Below, piece after piece: positions 6,526-16,043 of a stretch of DNA of 38,052 nucleotides; positions within the stretch are counted from its first letter, which is position 1; every line of letters begins with the position of its first letter. The notes under the pieces are model-generated. The model was not told the DNA's origin. It saw only the letters and a program-made list of their open reading frames with translations, and searched no databases. A program made the translations under genes and the position numbers. The stretch comes from Chrysochromulina tobinii. Its lineage: Eukaryota. The stretch lies in the NCBI GenBank assembly GCA_001275005.1, contig JWZX01003055.1:1-38052 (forward strand), written 5' to 3'.

Positions 6526-9423
6526 TCACAGCTGGCCGCTTTGCAGCATGCCCTTGCTGCGCAGCTCGGCCATGCCCTCGCGTGCCGCCTGGCTGATGCC
6601 CAGCATGCGGCCGTCGCCTGCGCTCCGCAACATGGTCGAGTACATGTGCATCGTGAGCCACATCGGCCGAGAGGCCGCGAGCGCCTCCGAGGCGACCGGT
6701 GCCACGTGGCAGCTCGCCTGGCGTGAGAGCGTGAGCAGCAAGGCGCCGTCGTGGGCATGTAGGTCGCGCTGCACGCCGTGCGATTCCACACGGACGTTGA
6801 CGGGCTGCGCGCCTGGCCGAGGCTCGCCCAACATGAGCGTGCAGTCGACTTCGCATCCGACGTCGGGCCAGCCCGCATTCGGTGGACCCACAGGACGCAG
6901 ACCGCCGCTGCCGAGGTCACGCAGGCGTGCCCCCCGTGGGGTCGAAAGCCGTAGCTCTGAGATGGCCTCGAGGGCCGCGGCAATGCCCCGCAGCCCGCGC
7001 AGCGCCGCACAGAGCGCCGGTGACGTGGCCGAGGCGATGGTGTGCGAGGCGCCGTATAGGTGTGAAGGCAGCGGCGCGCCGATGGGCTCGGGTACGGGCG
7101 TGCGCGGCGTGCCTTCGGGGCATAGGAGCCAGCACGAGCGCTCGTGCGTTTGAATCGTCGAGTCGGGAAGCAACGCCCCCGCCGCGACGACCGCCCGCGC
7201 CTCCGCTGCTGCTTGCGCCACGAGCGACGGCGGGAAGGCGTCGGGGATCAGCACGGAACCTCGAAGGAGGAGCTCGGACACATGCGAATCGCGGAGCACC
7301 GCTGTCGCTGCGGGCACGGTCCAATAGGCGGCCAAATCGAACATTAGACGTGGCAGCGGCAGCAGCTGCAGCGTCGCGCGCGCCGCCCGAGGCAGCAGTG
7401 CCTCGAAGACATGAGCATACCATCGGGCGAGGTGCGCATCGCCGTCGCGCTGCGGCTGCCCGTCGCCTTGGCCGCCGCTGCCGCTGCGCTGCCCGCCGCT
7501 GCCGGCACAGCCGCCGCCGTCGCCGCCGATGCCGCCGCCGTCGCCGCCGATGCTGACGTCGTCGCAGTCGTCGTCGGCGTCGCCGCCGCCATTGATTGAG
7601 GGAAGGCGCACAGGTGTGGGCAGGTTCACGGCACCCAGCCTCTCAACGAGTGCGCGGGCGCCGGTGGCCGATCGTGCCATGGCGATAGCCTCCGACGCCA
7701 TCGCGTGCGTGAGGCGCGTCGCCTCGACCAGTGCTTGCTCAGCCAACAGCCCCATCGTCCGGTCGTCTGCCACGGCAGCGAGTGCAGCGGCGCGCACTTG
7801 TCTCACCGTGGACTCGACCGCCGCGGCCGCCGACGCGTCGAGCCACGCCCAAGACGACGCTTCGCGCCGCAAGGAAGGGTTGGCGTCGTCGTGGGCGCGA
7901 GCCTCGCGCTCGAGTGGGGCTGCGGAACTCGGCACATCGGCTCGTTCCACAGTCCGTGGAAGGAACTCGCGCCGCGCGAGTTCAATGAGCTCTGGCACGC
8001 CCAGCCGGACGCACACGCCGGCCTCGAGCTGCCGCTGCTTCTCGCGCTCGTCCACGATCATCATGGAGCGGCGGTAGAAGGCATGCGCCTCTTCGCGCCG
8101 CGCGGCGAGCGCAAGGGCATTCGCACGCTGCTCGAGCCCGCTGCCGCCGCCGCGGAACCTGTGGTTGGGCGACGCGTAGCCGAGTTGGGCCCAGCGCTTC
8201 CGCCAAAAGGTCTCAAACGAGCAGACCGCGAAGTGGAGCAGCACGGCGCCGCCCGCCTCCTCGTAGCGCATCAGCTGATGGTACACATAGTGTGAGTGGC
8301 GCAGCTGCCGGTTGTTCGTCATGGCCGCCGTGGCCGCCACGTGCTTCGAAGGCAAGTTCCACTCGTGCACTGAGCCTGCTTCCCGGATCGCCTCGTGCAC
8401 GCGCACAATCGACTTGCCGTTGGCGTAGAAGCGGAAGAGTTCGCCACCCGCCTCGGGCGCCTCGCTCCAGTAGCGCATCGCCGCTGCTACGGCAGGATGG
8501 TGCTCATCCAACTGCCCCGGATGCTGCTTGAACAGACTCACCTGATGAGGGAGGCAATCAGCATGCAATCAGCGACCTCCACCAATCGATGACATCTCCG
8601 ATGCTGCATGAACAGGCTCACCTGATGAGGGAGGCAATCAGCATGCAATCAGCGAGATGACATCTCCGATGCTGCTTGAACAGGCGCACCGCCCGGTATG
8701 GGTCGACACACTCAAGCGCTGATGAGGGAGGCAATCAGCATGCAATCGATGTACCGCCCGGTATGGGTCGACACACTCAAGCGCCTCAGGCACCGCCTCG
8801 AGGTTGCGGTAGGTGAAGAGGATGGCGCCGAGTCGCTCGAGCTCGGCCAGGTGCCGCTGCAGCGCGCCACCGCCAGTGCCCCCCGCGCCGCTCATCCCGC
8901 TCTCCGTCCCAGGAAGGTGGAGAAGCTCGTCCGAGTCGACGTGCAGCAACCACTCGTCGCCTTGCTCGCGACAGCGCGCGATCGCATGCTCGCAATTGAG
9001 CATCTGCCGAGCTTGCACCTCGGTCGCCGCGTACAAGCGCAGCCGCGACCACGACGGCAGCCCCTCCCACTCACACTCGAAGGCAGCATCGCGCACCCGA
9101 ACCGTGACACGATCGGTAGGGTAGCGGCGTGCGACACCGACGCTCGCGTCGTTGGGGTCGTCAAGGTACAAGTAGAGCCGCGAAAATCCCACGTGCAGGT
9201 AGTAGCAAATGAACGAGTCCAGCGAAGAGCCATTGAACGCCATCGTGCAGACTACAGCCGCGCGGCGAGGGCCTGGCGCGGCCTCTGGTGGATTTGCAGT
9301 GATGAGCAGTGGAACTGATGCGTGCTCAGCCGCTACAGCAGCCTTGCTAGTCGGGCCTCGTCGATGTCGCCACTCGCATCGGCAGCAGCTCGGGCGGCGA
9401 GAGGCCGAGCAGCAAAAGGACAT
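6526..9423 (-). CDS. GT-A fold glycosyltransferase (Glyco_tranf_2_4/GT92-like) with a degenerate 2OG-Fe(II) oxygenase-like C-terminal region; exons 9423-8755 and 8541-6526, about 894 aa
   Basis: Motifs LDSFICYYLHVGFSRLYLYLDDP, RQMLNCEHA, WLLHVDSDELL (DxD), NLEAVPE..VDPYRA|VSLFKQ, NGKSIVRV and VLLHFAVC. A phase-0 GT...AG intron at 8754-8542 joins the two ORFs seamlessly. The start at ATG 9423 is uncertain. Confidence 0.8.
8542..8747 (-). repeat. Three identical 29-nt repeats (plus strand ctgatgagggaggcaatcagcatgcaatc) at 8542-8570, 8622-8650 and 8719-8747, separated by 51- and 68-nt spacers containing exon copies
   Basis: Direct sequence comparison. Confidence 0.95.
8542..8754 (-). other. 213-nt spliceosomal intron (GTACAT...CTCATCAG) with introner-like internal repeat structure
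   Basis: Removal gives continuous DPYRA|VSLFKQ. The intron contains in-frame stops and three identical 29-mers, each with CTGAT branch-like, pyrimidine-tract and CAG elements. Confidence 0.85.
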
Positions 9424-10022
9424 GGACGCCACCCGCGTGACCACAGGCGCCACCCGAAGACAGACGGACGCCACCAGGGGGCAGCTGATCGGCGAGCGGT
9501 GTGAACAGCGCGGCAAAAATTTTGCCACGAAAACAGCCGCGAAATACCAAATGCCCTCTTCTCCGGGCTTTCGGCACCTGGCGCATGCCCATCGTTCCGA
9601 GCGGGTGATCGGTGGCCTATCCCCGGCGGCCGAGCAGCGCGCAAACGCAAATAAATCCGCCCATGAACAAAGCCGAAAGCGGTACAAAGCAACGCCCGAT
9701 CGGGGTAACATATGATTGAGCCCCGGATTCGACGTACGACGATCGTGCTTCGTTCTCGTGTCTCGTCATGGGCATCGTTGGATCGGATCCGGTGTGAGGG
9801 TGTGATCTTCTAATTTGAATACTGCATCACATGCTCATGGCATGGCTCATGGCGCACAGTCTGCACACGCTCGAGGTTCCGTCTTCACAACAAGAGTCTT
9901 CGGCTCGTTTGACCGACACGCACACGCGCGCACGCACGCACGTTCGCCGCGGCCCCGTGCTTCCTCGCCCTGGGCGGCTTCCTGCGTGCAGTTCGAGCGT
10001 GTTGCTCGGGCTGCGCTGCGGC

Positions 10023-10697
10023 TCACTTCAAGCCCGCAGTGGACACGACGCGGCCGCCCACGCCGAGCGCTTCTTGGAGGGCAGCGATCGAGACCTGCAG
10101 CTCGGAGCACTTGACCGACGAGCCGTCCTCCTCGAGCATGCATTGGCCAAAGAGCAGCTGCTGCTGCTCGAGCAGCGCTGCCGGATTCGCACAGCCCTCT
10201 GCGCGCACCTGCCGGGTCCAGACCTCGGCAACGCGGCGCTGCTCATCGCCAAATTTGGCCGCCGCGTTCTTCACGCGCACGAGGGCGCGGTCGAGCTTGG
10301 GGTTACTCTTGCTGGCGGCGAAGAAGAGCAGTTTGTCGAGGTCAGACAGGGCGGCGTCGAGCTCCTTGCAGCGCTCCATGCTGCCCTCCTCATCATCATC
10401 GACTACACAACCCTCAAAGAGCATAATCTGCTTGTTAAACAGCTCCTCGGGCTCGGTGGCAGCGATAGGCGTGCGGATAGCCTCCCCGACCCATTCCGCC
10501 GCAGCGGCACCCTGCTCGCTGCCGAACATCTCAGCAGCGCGCACCACGCGCGCCGCCGCCTCCTGAATGTGTTTGGCATCACCGGCAGCGCAGAGGACGA
10601 CAGCAGAAGCCGGGCGGCGAACGACGCTCACGGCGATGCCGAGCTTGGGTGCACTCGAAACGAAGGCAAGGGACAGTGCCACGAGCGGAAGTGCCAT
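10023..10697 (-). CDS. Uncharacterised, probably plastid-targeted protein with two tandem ~80-aa repeats, each carrying a Cys pair
   Basis: Hydrophobic signal peptide MALPLVALSLA-F followed by an Arg/Ser/Ala transit-like segment. Internal repeats RVVRAAEMFGSEQ..W..QIMLFEGC..ERCKELDAAL and RVKNAAAKFGDEQ..W..QQLLFGQC..VKCSELQVSI. Confidence 0.75.
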   Translation of the reverse strand: MALPLVALSLAFVSSAPKLGIAVSVVRRPASAVVLCAAGDAKHIQEAAARVVRAAEMFGSEQGAAAAEWVGEAIRTPIAATEPEELFNKQIMLFEGCVVDDDEEGSMERCKELDAALSDLDKLLFFAASKSNPKLDRALVRVKNAAAKFGDEQRRVAEVWTRQVRAEGCANPAALLEQQQLLFGQCMLEEDGSSVKCSELQVSIAALQEALGVGGRVVSTAGLK

Positions 10698-10933
10698 TTC
10701 GGACGGGTGGGACGCCGGCCGGAGCGAAGCAGAGGGGGACTGTCGGAGCCTTGAGGTTGTTGATTACCTCTCTTTCACGAAGCAAGGGAATCTTTTTTTC
10801 CGTCCTGTTGGGTTCTACGAGCGCATTTCTATAGAATTTGTTTTTTATTCTGACGGGAGCGGCCGAGGTCCCGAACTTTGTGCGCCCTGAAGCGCTCGCA
10901 TTCCTCAGAATAAATCCAGGGTTCTTGAGGAAG

Positions 10934-10970
10934 GTCAAGTCAAGTCTTTACTTCACTTGACTTGACTTGA
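10934..10970. promoter_or_regulatory. 12-bp inverted repeat built from TCAAG/CTTGA pentamers in a divergent-gene intergenic region
   Basis: gtcaagtcaagt (10934-10945) pairs with acttgacttgac (10955-10966) around a 9-nt loop; direct repeat cttgaggaagg at 10924 and 10966. A regulatory role is inferred from position only. Confidence 0.35.
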
Positions 10971-11099
10971 GGAAGGATTGAATTCTTGATGGAGTTCAGA
11001 AGAGCTATACCGGAGTCTCATTCACCGCGAAGAGGAGAAAATGATCGCTGCGTACAACCGTTACATTTGTTGACGAACCTTCGTCACAAAACGCGTGAA

Positions 11100-11888
11100 A
11101 TGCTATGCGTCACGACCCTGGTTCTGGTCGCGGCGGCGTCGGTGGCTCCGCGCTCGGTGCCGACGCCGCGCGCACCATCACTGACACCACGTGCCAGGCT
11201 TCCGTTGACGGCGTTGCGCACCGCGAGCACCTACGCGGCGACGCTCTGCTTGCCCGCAATCGCCTCCGCAGCATCCGCCGCCGCCGGTGGAGTTGAGCAC
11301 CTGCACACCGGCCAAAAAGTGGCTCTATTCTTCCGGAAATCTGGCCTGCCGGATTGGGCCGTTCTCATGCTCATTCCTGCGACGCCCGCGGTCGAACTGC
11401 GAGGTGGCGTGCCGGTGGGCAACTGGATGGGCCTCCCACCCGCAACGACCTTTGCCATCTGCGTGATTGGCAATATGCTACCGATCGCGCCGATGATCCT
11501 CGCGCTGCGCTCCAACTTCTTCAAGCGGCTCGCCGCTCCGCTGCTCAAGCGTGCGGAGAAGATAAGCGCCGGACTGCCCACAGGCCAGTCGCGCTGGCTG
11601 ACGCTCGCGCTCTTTATCGGTGTGCCAGCGCCGGGCACGGGAGCCTGGACTGGCGCAATCATCGCCTACCTGCTCGATATGCCCTTCTCCTCAGCGATGA
11701 GCTCCATCTTCTCCGGCGTGGTGCTCGCGGGGCTCATCATGACTATCCTCACCCTTGCCGGCAAGACCGGCGCGCTTATCGCACTCGGGGCGATGCTACT
11801 CGCTGGGACGGGTGCGGTCGTGAAAGCCTTGAACCAGGAGGCCAACTCGCCCGATGAGGAGCCGCCTTCGCCAGGAAGCCAACGGTGA
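11100..11888 (+). CDS. Putative small multi-drug export family (Sm_multidrug_ex/COG2426-like) membrane protein with a bipartite plastid-targeting-like N-terminus
   Basis: Signature motifs P-x-x-ELRGGVPVG, IGNMLPI and LALFIGVPAPGTGAWTGAIIAYLLDM. ATG 11100 gives MLCVTTLVLVAAAS plus an Arg/Pro/Thr-rich transit-like segment. Confidence 0.85.
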   Translation: MLCVTTLVLVAAASVAPRSVPTPRAPSLTPRARLPLTALRTASTYAATLCLPAIASAASAAAGGVEHLHTGQKVALFFRKSGLPDWAVLMLIPATPAVELRGGVPVGNWMGLPPATTFAICVIGNMLPIAPMILALRSNFFKRLAAPLLKRAEKISAGLPTGQSRWLTLALFIGVPAPGTGAWTGAIIAYLLDMPFSSAMSSIFSGVVLAGLIMTILTLAGKTGALIALGAMLLAGTGAVVKALNQEANSPDEEPPSPGSQR

Positions 11889-12594
11889 GCGCGCCGCCCG
11901 ACCGCCTAGCCGCGGTCACGAGTCGCGCACACCTTGTGCCCGGGACCCTGGGAGCTCCAAGTTAGCGATCCGCACGGAGTCGACTCAGTCATACAGTCAA
12001 AGTGCTACCGCATAACCGCGTTATGCCGACACGTCATGGCACACGTTCGTCCTCTGCGTCAGGTCCGACGTCCACCAGGTCGCAGAGGTGAGAACAAGAA
12101 AGAAAGTAATTTATTTCCCGCGTCCGGCACTCGGCAGGGGCCCGGGATATCTCAGTTTGCATGCGGGTACACGAATCGGGTGATCCAACTATGCGGCATG
12201 CCCACACCGGATCCATAAGCACCACGAACATACGATACACGTGTTAACATCTCAGTTGACAGTTCTCACCATCTCTACGGGGTCGTCACCGTCACGCGCC
12301 GCGCCATGTACGCGCCGCGCGCGCCATGATGCCACGTACCGCACACACATGGAGCCCAGGGACACTCGCACACAACTCTGTGTGCAGAATCTCCGGTCGA
12401 GGACTCGTAGCGTTATAGCGATACACATCTGTGATCTCAAAGAGTTGTAGTCCGCCTGCTCATCCAGTAATCTCACGGCTTGGAAGGCGAGATCTCAGGC
12501 TCCGCACCCCCCACGGAGGCAGAGTCCTGATGCCGCGCACACAGCCGCTACACCCCCATGGCACAGAAGAGAGACTTGACACGTGGCGCCGTTT

Positions 12595-12633
12595 CGTCGA
12601 GCGACGCGGCGTCGGGCGACGCGGCGTCGGGCG
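12595..12633. repeat. 15-nt tandem repeat (gcgacgcggcgtcgg) x~2.6, each unit containing the near-palindrome cgacgc-g-gcgtcg
   Basis: Units at 12601-12615 and 12616-12630, downstream of the B55 stop. Confidence 0.8.
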
Positions 12634-12663
12634 CGCTCGCGAGGGCGCGAGGTCTAGGCGATC

Positions 12664-12683
12664 CAAGTCAAGTCAAGTCAAGT
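12664..12683. repeat. (CAAGT)4 pentanucleotide microsatellite
   Basis: caagtcaagtcaagtcaagt, about 50 nt downstream of the B55 stop codon. Confidence 0.85.
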
Positions 12684-12731
12684 AGAACGCTGAACGGAGA
12701 GGGGGGAAGTGAAGAGCGATGGGTCGCACAC

Positions 12732-14506
12732 TCATTGGCCTGTGAAGAGGTACAGACTATTGCGTGCACCGATGGCAACGAGGTTGCGCTGCGGATGGTG
12801 CGAGTGGTGCAGAATCTTCTTGCTGAAGGTTCGGCTGCTGTCCCTTCGTGTTAGGCCGAGCCTGCCATTGAGCGTCGGTTGGCGGCGCGCGGGCGAACTG
12901 CTGCTCACAGACTCGATCGTCGTGCAGCTGTTATCGCTGCCGAGCGTGTCCCATACGAGAAGCTTGCTGTCGTACGTGCCTGAGCACACATGACGATCGT
13001 CGTGCCCCCACGAGCACTCGAACTTGTCGAAGATGCAATCGCTCTCGTACAGCTCGCACAGCTTGGAGCGCAGGTGCTCGTGCACCTTGATCGTGCGGAC
13101 CGGCGACGATGCCATGTGCACGTCCCAGATCTTGAGCGTCATGTAGTCGCGCGCCATGACGTACCGACCGTCGCGCGAGAATTTGACGTCACTCATCGAC
13201 GAGATGACTTCCGAAAAGAAGGTGCGCTCGCTCTCTTTCTGCTGGACTTGCCCGAAGAGGCAGCCCGAGTGCTTACTGACCCGCGCCGACTCGCGAAGGT
13301 CGCACATGCGCACCAGGCCCTTACTGCTGCTGTAGATGAGCTGCGATGAGCATATGGGGTGAAACTCGGCCGAGGTGATCACCTCGGAGAGCTCCTCCAT
13401 GTCGTCGGGCTTGATGTCGACGATGTTGAACGTGGACTCGTTCGTGTGCAAGTTCCAAAGGTTTATCCGCAAGTCGTCCGCGGAGAGGTAAGTCTCGCCG
13501 TCTGGGCTGAAGGAGAGAGAGTTGATGTGGTACGCGTGGCCGTTCGAAAAGGTGCGCTTTAGGCTGGCGGTCGCGATGCACTGTACTGGATGCAGCGACG
13601 GCATCCGCAGCGAGGCGATGAAGGGCGTCATCACAGGCTGAGTGAGGCTCGAGGCGGCACCCTCGACGTTCCTCATCGAGACCATCCGCACCCTCTTCTC
13701 GAAGATCTTCCAAAATTTGATCGTCTTGTCTGCGCGCGGAGGCGGCGGCGCGTGTGAGCCGGCCGCAGCTCCCGCACAGCGCTGCAAAAATGGCCCGAAG
13801 GCAGCAGCGGCAGCGGCAGCGGCAGCAGCGGCAGCAGCAGCAGCGGCAGCGGCAGCGGCAGCGGAAGCGGAAGCAGCAGCAGCGGCAGCAGCGGCGGCAG
13901 CGGCGGCGGCGGCGGCAATGGCAGCGGCAGCGGCGGCAACGGGAGCGGCAGCAGCGACTTCGCGGTCGAGTGCGCTGGACGCAACGGCGGCGATGCGCAC
14001 CGTTCGTCGAGAGCAAAAAGAGCGGGCCAGCCCTGCCGTGCCGCCATCGGATCCTGTTGATCTTCTCCTCGATCTCGAGCGACTTCAGATAGTCGAACTC
14101 GGGCTCGTGCGATTGAAACTCGCAATAGAAGCGGTACTCGATGTCCTGGCGCGGCGCGATGTCCATTCTTTCACTCTCGGCTCGATCCCTCTGCTGCGCT
14201 CGGTGCTGCACCTCCGAAGACTCAAATATGACGACGCGCCCACCGCGGTCGCCGGTCGCAAGGTAATCGCCCGTGCCATCGAACTGCACAGCGCTGATCA
14301 AGTCCTCTGCAGCCAGCGCGAGCAGACAGAGCTCAGCGGCCTGAGAAGGTGGGTGCCCGCGAAGGGCGGCGCGTGCTGCCGCCAGCGCAGACGAGGCAGC
14401 ATGTGCGTGCTGGCTGCAGCTACGCGGCGAGCGCACCATCCGCAGGCTCCTCTGGGGAGTCACGGTCCCCAAAAACCTGACGGAAAGTCCAGCTTGCGGA
14501 GGCCAT
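12732..14506 (-). CDS. PPP2R2: Protein phosphatase 2A regulatory subunit B (B55/PR55/CDC55 family, WD40); exons 14506-14437, 14306-14001 and 13729-12732, 457 aa
   Basis: Spliced protein [14 protein letters not shown]...[29 protein letters not shown]...[26 protein letters not shown]...[15 protein letters not shown]...[11 protein letters not shown]...[11 protein letters not shown]...[21 protein letters not shown]...[11 protein letters not shown]...[13 protein letters not shown]. Two GTGCGC...CAG introns; total 1374 nt, divisible by 3. Confidence 0.95.
13730..14000 (-). other. B55 intron 2 (271 nt) containing an imperfect GCA/GCG trinucleotide repeat (about 13801-13956)
   Basis: GTGCGC donor at 14000 and GCGCAG acceptor at 13730; splicing restores the conserved STNDKTIK. 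Confidence 0.9.
14307..14436 (-). other. B55 intron 1 (130 nt)
   Basis: GTGCGC donor and CTGCAG acceptor; joins the WTFRQVFG exon in phase to [10 protein letters not shown]. Confidence 0.85.
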
Positions 14507-14824
14507 CGACGCAGCGTCCCAACCGCCACCTGCCAGTCAAAAAATGAGCACGAGCAGTGGTCAGGCGATCAGGCAGCCGTCGGGAGCCTTGCGAGCGATG
14601 AACTGGCGCACCCGACAGCTCCAACAGCCCACAGCCGCCGGGCAAGTCGGCGCAAGGGGCCCGGGAGAGAACAAATGCGCCGACGATTAACCTTGGCTGT
14701 GAACGCAGGTGAGAATGGTTCCAATTCCTCCTCAGAGTGTCTCCTCCCTTCCTTTTGGTTTTGTGAATCCGACACCCAAGGCCCCCGCCATTTATGTGCT
14801 TGCGTTCACACATGCACTGAAATT

Positions 14825-15586
14825 ATGGCGTATGTGAAAATGTTCCGCCCCGGCTGCTGCTGCTGCCTGCTAATGCTCGCGCCGCCTCCGACGGCGCACG
14901 TGCCAGCGGACGGCACGCCAGACAAGCCTCACGAAAATGATCCCTCGCATGCCGCGCTCGGTGAGCTCGGCCGCATTGGACGCAGGGATGCGGTGCGCTC
15001 CCTGCGTCAGTTCTACAACGACGAGTCTGTGCGCCGCGCAGCCTACGCGGCCTTCTCTACGGCAGCAGCCGAGGCTGGCGGCACGTCCGAGTTTGGCTGG
15101 CTCGGGCGCGAGGCTTTGATCGCCAAGTATGGGAACGAGATGGCTGCCAAAATGCTGGCCGATGCGAGGCAAGTGCGGCGGGAGAAGTACGGCGAAGAGG
15201 GCGTTCGCGTAATCGCGCGCCGGGCGCAGGTGGCATCCGCGGCCAACGAGCCCTACGGCGCCGCCGGGCTTTCTCGCAAGGCCGGCACGGCGGCAGCGCT
15301 GAAGCGAGGGGCACGGGTCGGCTACGCTGGCGTTCGATGGCAAAAGAAGAAGCGAGTGGCAAGCCGCGACGGCCCACTAGACGCGGAGGCCGAGGGTTTC
15401 TGGCGCTGCGCCTTTTCGCATCGCGGCACACGCTACTCAGTGGGAAGTTATGCCACCGAGGAGGCAGCGGCGCGCGCCCACGATGCCTTCGTACTCCGCC
15501 ACGGATTGGATCGCGAGCTCCACTTTCCGAACGAGCGGATGAACCCGAATGCGTTGCCAAGTAGTAATACTGAACGCGCATCATGA
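14825..15586 (+). CDS. AP2/ERF-type DNA-binding domain protein
   Basis: C-terminal YAGVRW...FWRCAFSHRGTRYSVGSYATEEAAARAHDAFVLRHGLDRELHFP matches the AP2 pattern (YRGV..W..LG.F.T.EEAARAYD..NFP). The start codon is uncertain. Confidence 0.8.
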   Translation: MAYVKMFRPGCCCCLLMLAPPPTAHVPADGTPDKPHENDPSHAALGELGRIGRRDAVRSLRQFYNDESVRRAAYAAFSTAAAEAGGTSEFGWLGREALIAKYGNEMAAKMLADARQVRREKYGEEGVRVIARRAQVASAANEPYGAAGLSRKAGTAAALKRGARVGYAGVRWQKKKRVASRDGPLDAEAEGFWRCAFSHRGTRYSVGSYATEEAAARAHDAFVLRHGLDRELHFPNERMNPNALPSSNTERAS

Positions 15587-16043
15587 GATGGGCCTCAAGG
15601 GCGCAGCGCCATAGCAGCAGTAGATAGGTGTTCTCATTCGTGCACTGTTCACAACGCGAACACACTTACGTTCACGTTTAAACGCTACCGACTTGCGAAA
15701 CACCGGATTCCGGATCCGGATGGCGGTATACATCGGATCTTACATGTGTTAGGACGATGCTCTACACAACCTACATGTTTAGAATCGGCGCGGCCGAATC
15801 GCGACGGTTTTACTTACTTACTTACGACGGCGCGCGATATTAATTACGAATGGACAGAATACGAAGGCGCCGGCCATGACGAGCGGAAGTTCAGACTCGA
15901 CAACGTGCCACCCCCTCGACCCTGTGGGCCGCTCGAGACGCACGACGGGGGGTTCCTTGAGTCCGGTCCGTGGTTCAGTGCCTCTGTCGGTCCAGAGCAT
16001 TTTCCGACGACCCGCAGGCGAACAGCGAGTCTGATTGCGGAGC

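Noticed and set aside
8542..8747. CRISPR-like array (three identical 29-nt repeats with spacers)
   Set aside because: Eukaryotic intron, no cas genes, spacers unequal (51/68 nt) and copied from adjacent exons, and the repeat is a 3' splice-site cassette.
11934..12685. Short ORFs between the Sm_multidrug_ex and B55 genes
   Set aside because: No GC3 bias or motifs; most likely convergent 3' UTRs.
12732..14529. ORF-track proteins 12732-14000 (poly-Ala N-terminus) and 13321-14529 as separate genes
   Set aside because: They are exons of one B55 gene read through introns; the 'GTG start' at 14000 is the splice donor.
15703..15740. ccggat/atccgg palindromic cluster (also near 9722-9792 and 12207)
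   Set aside because: Short 6-8 nt palindromes in GC-rich DNA; cannot be distinguished from chance without statistics.
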